From positions 35,305,394 through 35,369,393 of the forward strand of contig NC_081365.1 in the NCBI RefSeq assembly GCF_030684315.1: a stretch of DNA of 64,000 nucleotides, in the 5' to 3' direction. The translations under genes and the position numbers were made by a program. Source of the DNA: Stegostoma tigrinum. Taxonomy: Eukaryota. The notes under the pieces are model-generated. The model was not told the origin of the DNA, did not search any database, and saw nothing but the letters and a program-made list of their open reading frames with translations. Shown here in pieces: positions 11,651-23,186 of the stretch. The first letter of the stretch is position 1. Every line of letters begins with the position of its first letter.

Positions 11651-13517
11651 ATGATAAAATGTGAGGCTGGATGAACACAGCAGGCCAAGCAGCATCTCAG
11701 GAGCACAAAAGCTGACGTTTCGGGCCTAGACCCTTCATCAGAGAGGGGGATTGGGAGAGGGAACTGGAATAAATAGGGAGAGAGGGGGAGGCGGACCGAA
11801 GATGGAGAGAAAAGAAGATAGGTGGAGAGAGTATAGGTGAGGAGGTAGGGAGGGGATAGGTCAGTCCAGGGAAGACGGACAGGTCAAGGAGGTGGGATGA
11901 GGTTAGTAGGTAGATGGGGGTGCGGCTTGGGGTGGGAGGAAGGGATGGGTGAGAGGAAGAACAGGTTAGGGAGGCAGAGACAGGTTGGACTGGTTTTGGG
12001 ATGCAGTGGGTGGGGGGGAAGAGCTGGGCTGGTTGTGTGGTGCAGTGGGGTGAGGGGACGAACTGGGCTGGTTTAGGGATGCAGTTGGGGAAGGGGAGAT
12101 TTTGAAACTGGTGAAGTCCACATTGATACCATTAGGCTGCAGGGTTCCCAGGTGGAATATGAGTTGCTGTTCCTGCAACCTTCGGGTGGCATCATTGTGG
12201 CACTGCAGGAGGCCCATGATGGACATGTCATCTAGAGAATGGGAGGGGGAGTGGAAATGGTTTGCGACTGGGAGGTGCAGTTGTTTGTTGCGAACTGAGC
12301 GGAGGTGTTCTGCAAAGCGGTCTCCAAGCCTCCGCTTGGTTTCCCCAATGTAGAGGAAGCCGCACCGGGTACATTGGATGCAGTATACCACATTGGCAGA
12401 TGTGCAGGTGCACCTCTGCTTAATGTGGAATGTCATCCTGGGGCCTGGGATAGGGCTCCGGATACAATGCATCATCCTCCGACACTTCCACCATTTACAA
12501 TCCAACCCCACCACCGAAGACATTTTTCCATCCCCACCCCTGTCTGCTTTCCGGAGAGACCACTCTCTCCGTGACTCCCTTGTTCGCTCCACACTGCCCT
12601 CCAACCCCACCACACCCGGCACCTTCCCCTGCAACCGCAGGAAATGCTACACTTGCCCCCACACCTCCTCCTTCACCCCTATCCCAGGCCCCAAGATGAC
12701 ATTCCACATTAAGCAGAGGTTCACCTGCACATCTGCCAATGTGGTATACTGCATCCACTGTACCCGGTGTGGCTTCCCCTACATTGGGGGAACCAAGCGG
12801 AGGCTTGGAGACCGCTTTGCAGAACACCTCCGCTCAGTTCGCAACAAACAACTGCACCTCCCAGTCGCAAACCATTTCCACTCCCCCTCCCATTCTCTAG
12901 ATGACATGTCCATCATGGGCCTCCTGCAGTGCCACAATGATGCCACCTGAAGGTTGCAGGAACAGCAACTCATATTCCGCCTGGGAACCCTGCAGCCTAA
13001 TGGTATCAATGTGGACTTCACCAGTTTCAAAATCTCCCCTTCCCCTACTGCATCCCTAAACCAGCCCAGTTCGTCCCCTCCCCCCACTGCACCACACAAC
13101 CAGCCCAGCTCTTCCCCCCCACCCACTGCATCCCAAAACCAGTCCAACCTGTCTCTGCCTCCCTAACCGGTTCTCCTCTCACCCTCCCTTCCTCCCACCC
13201 CAAGCCGCACCCCCAGCTACCTACTAACCTCATCCCACCTCCTTGACCTGTCCGTCTTCCCTGGACTGACCTATCCCCTCCCTACCTCCCCACCTATACT
13301 CTCTCCACCTATCTTCTTTTCTCTCCATCTTCGGTCCGCCTCCCCCTCTCTCCCTATTTATTCCAGTTCCCTCTCCCCATCCCCCTCTCTGATGAAGGGT
13401 CTAGGCCCGAAACGTCAGCTTTTGTGCTCCTTAGATGCTGCTTGGCCTGCTGTGTTCATCCAGCCTCACATTTTATCATCTTGGAATTCTCCAGCATCTG
13501 CAGTTCCCATTATCTCT
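11651..13517. mobile_element. Large fold-back PLE family A insertion (two inverted GIY-YIG plus pLTR arms)
   Basis: Arm 11651-12455 (-) is nearly the reverse complement of about 12678-13482 (+); GIY-YIG motif YCIHCTRCGFPYIGGTKRRL; 14-bp TSD cacaatattccagg (11637-11650 and 13518-13531). Confidence 0.95.
13386..13419 (+). ncRNA. Minimal type-I hammerhead ribozyme motif in a PLE pLTR
   Basis: CTGATGA (13389-13395), A, stem II GGGT-CTAG-GCCC, GAAA (13409-13412), palindromic stem III ACGT, GTC cleavage triplet ending at 13416; identical cores at 1797-1824(-), 11714-11741(-), 45435-45462(-) and 61561-61588(+). Confidence 0.82.
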
Positions 13518-13645
13518 CACAATATTCCAGGTGTGGCCTCACCAAGGCTCTGTACAACTTCAACAACACATCCCTGCTCCTGTACTCGAAACGTCTCACA
13601 ATGAAGGCCAACTTACCATTGGCCTTCTTTACAGCCTGCTGCACC
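13518..13645 (-). mobile_element. CR1 LINE, upstream continuation of 11114-11650
   Basis: ccaggtgtggcctcaccaaggctctgtacaac reads LYRALVRPHLEY on the - strand and joins the 11650 side across the TSD. Confidence 0.8.
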
Positions 13646-15124
13646 TTGTCTCTCCTTTGAGTGCATTATTTGCTTCAACCAGAAAATGACAAAAAGTGAC
13701 TTTTATAAGAGTGGTGTAAAATTTGGCCCTCCCCTAAATAGTCTATGTTTCTTTGCCACCGGAGGGAAAGGCAAAAGCTCTATCCAGGACCCTCAACCCA
13801 GTATGACCAGTGATTAGACAGTTCAGCTGACTTTGAATACGTCTACTGCCCTGCCCCAGATGAGAGTTTCCATGGCAAATATCACCTGCTGCGCTTAACA
13901 AAATAGGGCCATTCCAGCATAATGTCAGGATGTTTCTCGGGATGTTGGAATGTGCTAATGATTCCTCCTGCATCTCAATTTGATGTGGTTTTGATGGCTG
14001 GCCCATTCCTTTTGGAAAAACTTGTGACTAGGCTTCATTCTCTTTTTGCAACTACTTCAGCCTTACTTTGTCTATCATGTTAAAAAATGATATTGTGTCT
14101 TTGAGAGTGAATAATTAGAAACTTGAATTCAACTTTACATCAAAACAGTTTTATAATGCAAACCAATATTCTCTCTAAGCCAAATGGTTAAAAATTCTGA
14201 AATACAACAGAGAATGCAGTATTGTAATCGAGGAATTTCTTGCAATTGCACAAGAACAGAGACAGTTGAATTCCTGTATTAGATTACAGTTGTGACGTCT
14301 CTGCATACAGTATATAGTATATAAGTTATTTGGCATTTGGCCCTGTTTTGTGACAGCAGCAGCTGTCAGTACAGGCATCAATAGTGAGTGGAGGTAGCAA
14401 CTGTGAGTGCCCACAGCAGCTGGTTAAATGCTCAATATATATTCTAATAATTGTATTCTCATTGATAGACTACAGAGTTAACTGTAGTTGTGGCCCTTTC
14501 CTTTTGTGTTATTATTCTACATTTTGACACATTTTCTTTCTTCAGAATTTTCTAAGTCTGCAATCTGCCCATGAATTTTTATTGCAATTAACGTGCCGAC
14601 TTCAAACACTGATCTTCCTATATTTGGTCTAAAGTACACTTAGTAAGATAAAATTTCAATTGTTTCAATAGAACATGTCTTGAATGATCCCTCTCGTGAC
14701 ACTGTTATAAAGAACAAATGATGAAATAAATTAGAAACTGAGTACATATTTTTCACCACGCAGTTATTTTTCTGTTATTGTCGAATCATTTTTGAATAGG
14801 ATGAGTGCAGAGCACAAATTGATCCTGTATCAGATAGCTTCTTGTTTGTCTTTCCACCCTTGTATTCTCTTGTGACTAGCTGTAATTAAATGGGTTAAAT
14901 ATCAAAAAATAATAAATGTTATATTGTTATAATCTGTGTAATGTTATTTTAATGGCTGATCCGGCTACACTTGCTATATTTTGAACATTTTATTATAGTT
15001 ATGTGTCATTATCATTCATCTTACATTATGCAAATTCAATGTCTTGATTAACAAAATGGCAAATAATTCCAAGAACAACTGACACGGTGGAAATTGCATA
15101 GACATGCCCTTGTCCATGTGCCAG

Positions 15125-15572
15125 ATGCAAGCTGGAAGAACAACACCCATTTTCCGCTAGGGGACCCTGCAGCCCTCCAGACTCAATATGGAGTTCAATA
15201 ATTTTAGGGCTTAAACTCTCCCATGTCCCAGCCCCCTACCCCACACACCAGGCCTTTTACCACGTAGCTTGCCATTTCAAACCACCTGTTGTTTGTCACG
15301 AATAGTCTGCATTAACAACTCCCTCCCAGTCTGATCATTATCAACTCTGTCCAACTGCTTTTCTCTCTCTTTAGGCTCTATCCTATCGTTTACTCCCTAC
15401 CCCATCCCCCTCACTATTTTCTGCATATAAAGTGATGTTTTCCCAGCCACCATCAGTTCTGAGGAAGGGTCACCAAACTCGAAACATTCATTCTTTTTTC
15501 CTTTACAGATGCTGCCAGACCTGCTTTGTGTTTGTTCCCGATTCACAGCATTCACAGTTCTTTCGGTTTTTA
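15125..15572 (+). mobile_element. PLE family C 3' end with decayed pLTR and hammerhead
   Basis: KLEEQHPIFPLGTLQPSRLNMEF (GIY-YIG C-terminus); gttCTGAGGAagggt...actcGAAAc; homologous to 51490-51958. Confidence 0.75.
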
Positions 15573-16267
15573 CAATCATGGGGATAGCTGAACCAGAACC
15601 AGACATAAGTCAACAACTTCAAAAATCTTGGAGCTGTCAGAAATACCAAGGCATTCAGCTTCAATTAATATTCATTCATAGAAAACACCGGACATGCCAT
15701 GCAATCAAAATACATTTACACTTCTTCTAAACAATCAGGAAACCTATTCACCACCGATTGAAAGATATTCACACCTATTCTAAGGATCAGAATCCAATTC
15801 ACGCCCAGAAGAGTAACAGTAATACTATTGCTAAAGCCAGATTTGGCACCGAGATAACAGACGTGCACTTTAGTATAATTTGTAGGCCCCAATCTCAGCT
15901 GAACAAGACAGAAGGATAAAAAGAGAGAAGGAGAGCTATTGCCCGCAGCTACATACAGGACTCCAGAGAGCTACTGCACCGAGAAAAACTCCTACAGCTG
16001 TCTCCGGTGACCGACCGCAATCTGCAGACTGAACGACCAATTACCTGATCAACACCCCAAGACCTCAGACACAGCCTGAGGTGAACACCCTACCACAAAA
16101 CCCACCAAAAGTATGCAAACCAAAGTGTTTTCCCGATAGACATCTTACTTCATCAGTGGACACAACCCAGAATGAAGGCCTACACTGTCCAAAGTCTTCA
16201 GCGAAGCACCAGCTATGGCAAGCAGGGATGGCCAGCTGTGATTCAAAATCCGTTTACCCACTCTGGT

Positions 16268-16904
16268 GATAATGGGAACTGCAGATGCTGGAGAATCCAA
16301 GGTAACAAAGTGTGGATCTGGATGAACACAGCAGGCCAAGCAGCATCTCAGGAGCACAAAAGCTGACGTTTTGGGCCTAGACCCTTCATCAGAGAAGGGG
16401 ATTGCAGTGCCTGGAGATGCCAGCGCATGGCTGCGAGTGTTTGTTTCAGAACTCGCAGGGAGAAACGCTTCTGAAGGGTCTGAATGTTCTAGGTGTAGAA
16501 GTGGTCATGGTTGGGACCAAGTTGGGAAGGCTTGAGTGTAGACTGTAGTCCATTGGGGATGATCTGGCTCAGTAGGCAGGTACTGAGGAAGGTGATGTGA
16601 CTGTGGTACCTGGTTTGCTTCAGGACATGGTCGAGCAGTTTCAAGGCTGAAGAGATTACAAGAGAGTTGCAATGGGAGAGAGATTCCCTGAGGTTGGTCC
16701 GGAGGGAGGAGGGTAACTTACTCAGGTTAGGCATCCCTGGAAGAGGCTTTGCAGTGAGGTTAAAATTGTATCAGTGATAATGGGAACTGCAGATGCTGGA
16801 GAATCCAAGATAACAAAGTGTGAAGCTGGATGAACACAGCAGGCCAAGCAGCATCTCAGGAGCACAAAAGCTGACGTTTCGGGCCTAGACTCTTCATCAG
16901 AGAG
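16268..16904 (-). mobile_element. Internally deleted PLE family A retaining the 5' pLTR, ATG, ORF N-terminus and 3' pLTR in direct orientation
   Basis: Direct pLTRs at 16776-16904 and 16268-16400; ORF from ATG 16734 contains HITFLSTCL..IIPNGL (PLE N-terminal HxxFLxxC..PxGL-type motif), with one stop at about 16489, and stays open to about 16400. Confidence 0.85.
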
Positions 16905-17395
16905 CTCTGATGACCATTAGGAAGGGAGTTTCAGGATTTTGATCCAGCAACACTGAAGGAATAACGATATATTTCCAAGTCAGGATTGTGAGTGGCTTGG
17001 AGGGGAGCTTGTGATGCTCTTGTGTATCTACTGCCCTTATCCTTCTAGATGGTTGTGGGTTTGGAAGGTGCTGTATAAGGATCCTTGGTGAATTTCTGAG
17101 TGCATGTTGTAGATAGTACAAACTGATGCTACTGAGCATCTGTGTTGAAATGAGTGAATGTTTGTGGATGTGGCATTAATCAAGTGGATGCTTTATCCTG
17201 GATGGTGTTAAACTTCTTAAGTATTGCTCAGGCAAATTCCTGGAACTCCATTCCTAGCAGCACTGTGAACATACTTACACCTCAAGGACTGCAGTGCTTC
17301 AAGATTGCAGCTCACCAACAACACCTCAAGAAAAGTTCAGGATGGGCAATAATAGCCTATCCAGTAATGATCATGTCTCACAATTCTTATGATAC
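16905..17395. mobile_element. L2/CR1-superfamily LINE 3' fragments, rearranged (minus piece then plus tail)
   Basis: 16905-17230 is the reverse-complement homologue of 22700-23050; 17235-17390 is the forward tail ...gatgggcaataa. Confidence 0.6.
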
Positions 17396-17411
17396 GGACT
17401 AGGCCAATTTA

Positions 17412-17890
17412 TGCTGAGATGAGGTGAAATGTCTTTGCCCAGTGTGAGAATGTGGAATTCTCTGCCACAGAAAGTGGCTGAGGTCAAAACAAGATGTAGA
17501 GCTGGATGAACACAGCAGCCAAGCAACATCAGAGGAGCAGGAAAGCTGATGTTTCAGACCTAGACCCTTCTTCAGGAAGATGCTAGAATGATGTAGATGC
17601 AGAAAGATTTCCTAAGATGCTGCTTGGCCTGCTGTGTTCATCCAGCTCTACACCTTGTTATTTTGGATTCTTCAGCATCTGCAGTTCCTATTATCTCTAA
17701 GGTCAAAACATAACATTTTCATGGAGGAGTTAAGATATTGTTCTTAGGGCTAAAGGGATCAAAGGGTATGGGAAGAAAGTAGGACCAGGGTATTGAGCTG
17801 GATGTTCAGCTATAATCATATCGAATGGTGCAGTAGGTTCTAAGGGCCGAATGGTCTATTCCTGCTGCTAGTTTCTATATCTCTGCAGTC
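17412..17890 (+). mobile_element. CR1 3' end interrupted by a mini-PLE
   Basis: gtggaattctctgccacagaaagtggctgagg...ggagttaagatattg...gggccgaatggtctattcctgct. Confidence 0.7.
17492..17699. mobile_element. Fold-back mini-PLE
   Basis: Inverted pLTR arms; TSD aggtcaaaaca (17481-17491 and 17700-17710). Confidence 0.85.
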
Positions 17891-18530
17891 TCTATGAGGA
17901 GTTTAAACTCAGGAGTGGGCAAATACATCCTCCAATTGCGACTACTGGGTTGACATAAAATCATTTAAAAAGGGTTAGTGCAGTGATTATAGCTTCATTT
18001 ATCCAACATGAACTTTACAATTTTAGCTGTAGGGTAGTAGACTTTATCAGGAGCTCTCCTGTTTGAAGAGACGTCATTCAGAGTAGGAAGGGAAAAAAAA
18101 ACACGACAAGAATACTTGTGGATGTTGAGTTAAATTGAAGTACAGATCAGCAGAATGGCTCTAAACTGCAGGATATACTGTCTCTTTGTGCATATTCTCC
18201 AAAAAAATTTTACGGTTTACACAAATATTATGTATGGTTATGCTGCCTATTATGTTCAAGTTGGAAGCAATATCTTATCAACTGTGTGTAACAGTTATGT
18301 TAAGTGCCGTCTGTTCCCGCTCAGTGCTCCTTGGATTTCAACTCCAAACATGGTAACCTTTTCATTGCAATTTAGCTCTGTTGCCAAGACAAATTCTGTC
18401 TCCCTCTCCCTCTCTCTCTGCGCACACGCGTACACACACATGCAACCCGGCTTTCACCCTGCCTGCTTGGGCTCCTCAGCGATTAACTCAAAAATCCGAA
18501 ATCTGCCTCAAGTTTTATTTTCGAGCAGAA

Positions 18531-19024
18531 ATGTTTAGGGAAAATTCAAGTTTCATCGAGACTATTTTGTACGATAGTCCTGGGTGTAAGATTTTGAGAA
18601 ATGGGAGTGAAGGAGCTGTTTACCACTTGGCCAATGTCATGTTTACACTGGGCTACATGAGCGGCAGTGGGTTCTTTGGTCTCGTTTACCTATTTAGTCT
18701 TCTGGGCGTTGGGTTTTTTATTCAGTCTCTTTGGGGTTGGGTCGATGCCTGCGGACTGGATATCTTTATGTGGAGCCTGTTACTTTTTGTGTTCTGCTTG
18801 GTTCAACTGGCGCACATTGGTTACCGGCTGAGGAAGGTGAATTTCGGGGAAGACTTCACGAACCTTTACAAAGCTATGTTCCGGCCCCTCGAAGTGCCGC
18901 TCAGTGTCTACAAGGAGATCGTGAACTGCTGCGATGCCGAGGTGACGAGTCTCGCCCGTGAGCAGAACTACGCCGTGGAAGGCAAAACCGCAATTGACCG
19001 CTTGTCTCTGCTGCTCTCAGGCAG
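18531..19024 (+). CDS. POPDC2: Popeye domain-containing protein 2, first coding exon (three TM helices and start of the Popeye domain)
   Basis: MFRENSS...EGAVYHLAN...GSGFFG...WGWVDACGLDI...QLAHIGYRLR...YKEIVNCC...YAVEGKTAIDRLSLLLSGR; donor AG|gtcagt at 19025 (phase 2). HLAN, ACGLDI and YKEIV match POPDC2 better than POPDC3. Confidence 0.92.
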
Positions 19025-19721
19025 GTCAGTGGTAACAAGTGCTAGCAACCGGACAGTCTGCAACATAATACACTGTTTGGGAGGGGGGGGGGGGGCTTAA
19101 TGTAACCATTTGTTTGGTAGGATGTAACTGATACCAACGCCATTGCCCTCAAAAACACGTCGTGTTACTATGTAACTAGTTTTATCACGTACTCAAATTA
19201 TTCTCAGTCACACAGACAGATGCGTTTTTATCAACAACGTTGCCTCCAGCTTCAGTTCCTTGTAAATCGTCGGGATAAAACACCTTAATTTCACTATTTT
19301 TAGGGAGCGAATTCTCAAAAGAAAGTTATTTCGCTTTCCGCCCATAGCCTCAGACTGTGATTTTCTGAGAGTAGCTGAGGGTAAGGTAAGGTAGAACGCG
19401 GTTTACGCTAACTTTTTCTTTGTTTTAACCATTGACGTCTCGGCTTTTAATGTAATCCCACTTGCTATTCAAGTAGAACACAGCAAAGTGGCCGCTGAGA
19501 ATCCAGCCCCGCAAAGGCGCCAGTGTTTACTGTAGGATCCCCTCCCTCAGCAGTGATCCACGTTGTAGATTTCAGTGTCCCCTAGGGATGCAGGTGGAAT
19601 GCAGACTCACCCTCACTTTAGTAACATGGCTGTAACATAGTTTATTGACTTTATCCACTAAAATGGATATTTCATTAAAAAATTACTGTCCTCTGCCTTT
19701 AGTTAATAAGGACATGCAAAG

Positions 19722-21252
19722 TGAATGATTCTGTTCAAGGTGGTTGCCAACCGGGTCAGGTCTGCTCTGGGTTCAATGATTCACCCTGACCAAACCTGTG
19801 CTGGACCAGGCAGTAAGGTCCCTGAGAGTCTCGGGGGATTTGATTGCCTACATGCAGGACAGGGGGGTGGATGCCTGTCTCATCAGCATGGCCCAGGAGA
19901 AGGCCTTTGACAGGATATCCCCACACCTACATGTGGGACGTGTTCTCCAAAGTGGGCTTTTGGGAGGGAATCCATAACTAGTTCTGACTGCTCTACACCA
20001 AAATCATTTAGTGCCATCTCAATTAATGGGTGGGAATCAGAAAACTTCCCGATCAGATCCGGAGTCAGGCAGGGCTACCCACTGCCTCCTGCTTTGTTTG
20101 TGTGTTGTATAGACCCTTTTGCTGAGTCCATCAGGAAGGATGGGAGCCTGAGAGGGGTGACTATTCCAGGCAGCAGAGAACTGCAGGTCAAAGCCTCCCT
20201 GTACATGGATGACATCACCATTTTCTGCTTGGATCCAGTGTTAAGTGCGCAAACTCATGAGTTCAAACTGGCCTCGGAAGCCAAAGTAAACCAGGGCAAG
20301 AGCAAGGCCATGTGGTTTGGAAAGTGGGCCAACTGATCCTTTATCCCCTTCACCATCAGGACAGATTACCTGAAGCTGCTGGGAATATGGTTCAGAGGAG
20401 CTGGGGCATGTGCAAAATCTTCGGAGGAACTTAGAGCTAAGCTATAAAAATGATAGGTCTAGCCTTATTACTGCAGAACATTCCAAGTAGTTGGACCATT
20501 CCGTATCACCTGTTGTTCATGGAGAAATTTGGAAAGAAAAATACCTTTGACCACAAGTCCATCAAGGAAGTGGTCTGCACGTAGCATTCTTGAGACTATG
20601 CAGGAAAAGGAGAAGTGGATCCTGTTGAATGGTTCCTTGGGGAGACTGTCAAAGTTATTTGGCAGAATGCCTCATCATCAGAATTTTCCAACAAGCACCA
20701 AAACATTGCTTGACTGGTGTGAGAGGGGCACTGCCTGTGAGATCCTTCATGTACGCCCACACACTCTGCACCACTGCACACTGCCCTTGAAATGGCTCTG
20801 GCGAAGTTGGGAGAGGGGTGCAGGTAGAGACTGTTACAATCTCCTTCTGGAATGTGCCTTTGCAAAGCAAATCTGGAGGAAGATGCAGTGGTTTTTGTCG
20901 GGGTTTCCTCCAAGCACTTCTGTGACGCAGAACTCCATGCTGTCTGGTCTGTTCCCCGGGACATGCCAAGATAAACATGGACTGCACCTGGAGGACCATC
21001 AACTCGGTGAAAGATGCTCTTTGGTCTACCCAAAACTTGTTGGTCTTCAAGAACAAGACAATGACCCTGTGTGTAGCAGACTGTAACATTCTAAGGTGCA
21101 GTACTATGTGTTAAGGGATGTACTAAGGCTTGGGGCAGCTGCTGCCAAGGTACAGTGGGGAAAGACCACCATCTAAGGTCTTTATGCTGAAGTTAAGTGG
21201 GTGTCTGTTCAGTTATCAGACCCTCCCGATTCCTCAAATATATGTAGATATC
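19722..21252 (+). mobile_element. Tx1/L1-clade non-LTR retrotransposon fragment (decayed RT and C-terminus)
   Basis: IHPDQTC, SGVRQG.PL, SLYMDDITIF, LLLECAFAKQIW; its 3' UTR resumes at 22313-22464 and matches 46606-47171. Confidence 0.8.
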
Positions 21253-21279
21253 TGACGGGATCAAGGGTTACAAAATTAA

Positions 21280-22312
21280 CTTGAAGGCCGAAGACAGAAA
21301 ATGTTGGTAGAGGGCTGTCTTTCAAACTGGAGGCCTGTGACCAGTGGTGTGGCTCAGGGGTCGGTGCTGAGTGCGCAGTTATTCACTATTTATATAAATA
21401 ATTTGCTTGTGAATTTAGGAGGCATGATTAATAAGTTTGCGAATGACACCAAGATTGGTGGTATAGTGGACAGTGAAGAAGGTTATCTGGAATACAGTGA
21501 GATCTTGACCAACTGGACCAGTGGGCTTAGGAATGGCAGATGGAGTTTAATTTAGATACATGCAGAGTGTTATACTTTGGTAAGTCAAACCAGGGTGGGA
21601 CTTAACACAGCCAATGGTAGGCCCTGGGGAGTGTTATAGAACAAAGAGTTCTAGGGGTGCGGGTTCACAGCTCCTCGAAAATGGGTAGACAGGGCAGTGA
21701 AGACGGCTTTCGGCATGCTTGCTTTCATCGGTCTGAGCATTGAGTATTGGAGTTGTTGTAGCTGTTCAAATGAGGCCTTACCAACATCTTAAAGTTCAGT
21801 TTTGGTCACCCTAATATAAAAAGGATACCATTAAACTAAACGACTGCAGAAAAGATGTACTAGGATGCTACCTGGACTGGAAGGTTTGAGTTATACGAGA
21901 GGCTGGATGGGCTGGGACTTTTTTCCCTGGAATGTAAGAGACTTAGGGATGACCTTATAGAGGTTTATAAAATCATGAGAGGTATAGATAAAGTAGTCAG
22001 CCAACAACTTTTCCTCAAGGTGGGAGAGTCGAAACCTAGAGAACATAGGTTTAAGGTGAGAGGAGAGAGATTCAACAGGGTCCAGTGGGTAATTTTTTTC
22101 ATACTCAGGGTGGAGGGTGTGTGGAATGGGCTACCAGAGGTAGTGGTAGAGGTGAGTACAGTTTTGACATCTGAGAAACATTTGGACAGGTACGTTGATA
22201 GGATAGGGATTTGGACCAAATGAAGGCAACTGGGACTAGTTTAATTGTGAAAACTGGGTGGCATGGTCAAGTTGGGTCGAGGTGCCTGTTTCCATGCTGT
22301 AAATCTCTATGA
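21280..22312 (+). mobile_element. CR1 LINE 3' portion nested in the Tx1 3' UTR
   Basis: WRPVTSGVAQGSVL, INKFANDTKIGG, DLIEVYKIMRGID, RVEGVWNGLP; tail ...tgtttccatgctgtaaatctctatgact. Confidence 0.88.
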
Positions 22313-22464
22313 CTAATATTATCTTGTACAAATAAGAAAGGGACAGAGTCAAACTCCAATGTTTTTTGTTTCTTCGTATGCTACTGTACAGAACTGAACT
22401 GCTTTAGGGACTGTATGTATATAAAGATATTCATATGAATTAAGTATATTTTTGAAATAAAAAA
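22313..22464 (+). mobile_element. Tx1-like element 3' UTR remainder with A-rich end
   Basis: Homologous to 47005-47171 (agagtcaaact...tacagaa.tgaactg...tatataaagatat...aagtatattttt.aaataaa). Confidence 0.75.
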
Positions 22465-22689
22465 TATGATTCCCAGGTATACGGATAATGCATGGCACTG
22501 ATGGTGCAGTATAGGGACTTGATTGATTAGATACTGGTATAATTTGTAATGGTGAATTTCCAATCTCATGGCTACAAAAGAGAGGCTATAAGTAGGAGTT
22601 AGGCATTTCCCAGACAGCAAGACAGAAAGTGACAGAGCACATTTCAGATACAGAGGAAACAGAAGCCAGCAAATTGTGTGCCTTCCCAG

Positions 22690-23186
22690 TCCATCACTTC
22701 CCTTTGCAGCACCTGCCTGGATGGATGCAGCTTCAACACTCAAGAAGCTTGGCACCATCCAAGACAAAGCAGCCCATTTGTGTGGTACTGAATTCTCAAC
22801 TTTCACTCCTTCCGATACCAATGTTCAATAGCAGCAGTGTATACCGTCTCAAAGATAACCTGCAGAGATATTCACCAAAGACTTTTAGATAGCATCTTCT
22901 AAACCCATAACCACTAAAATCCAGAAGGACAAAGGCAGCAAATACATGGGAACACCTTCACCTGCTTGTTCCCTCCAAACCACTCACTATCCTGACTTTG
23001 AAATACATTGCCGTTCCTTCAGTGTCAAATTCCAGCCCTAATGGCATTGTGACTCTTCCTACGGCAGATGAACTGTAGTGGTTCAACGAGGCAGCTCAGC
23101 ACCACTTTCTCGAGGGAAGCTGGGGATGGGCAATAAATGCTGGCCCATCCAGCAACGCCCATGACCCACAAGTGAATAAAAACAAA
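22690..23186 (+). mobile_element. L2/CR1-superfamily LINE 3' end
   Basis: KKLGTIQDKAAHL motif; tail ggatgggcaataaatgctggccca...cccacaagtgaataaaaa. Confidence 0.7.

Noticed and set aside
18381-19100. 239-aa ORF taken as a complete single-exon protein
   Set aside because: It starts at a non-ATG codon and runs past the splice donor at 19025; the true coding part is 18531-19024
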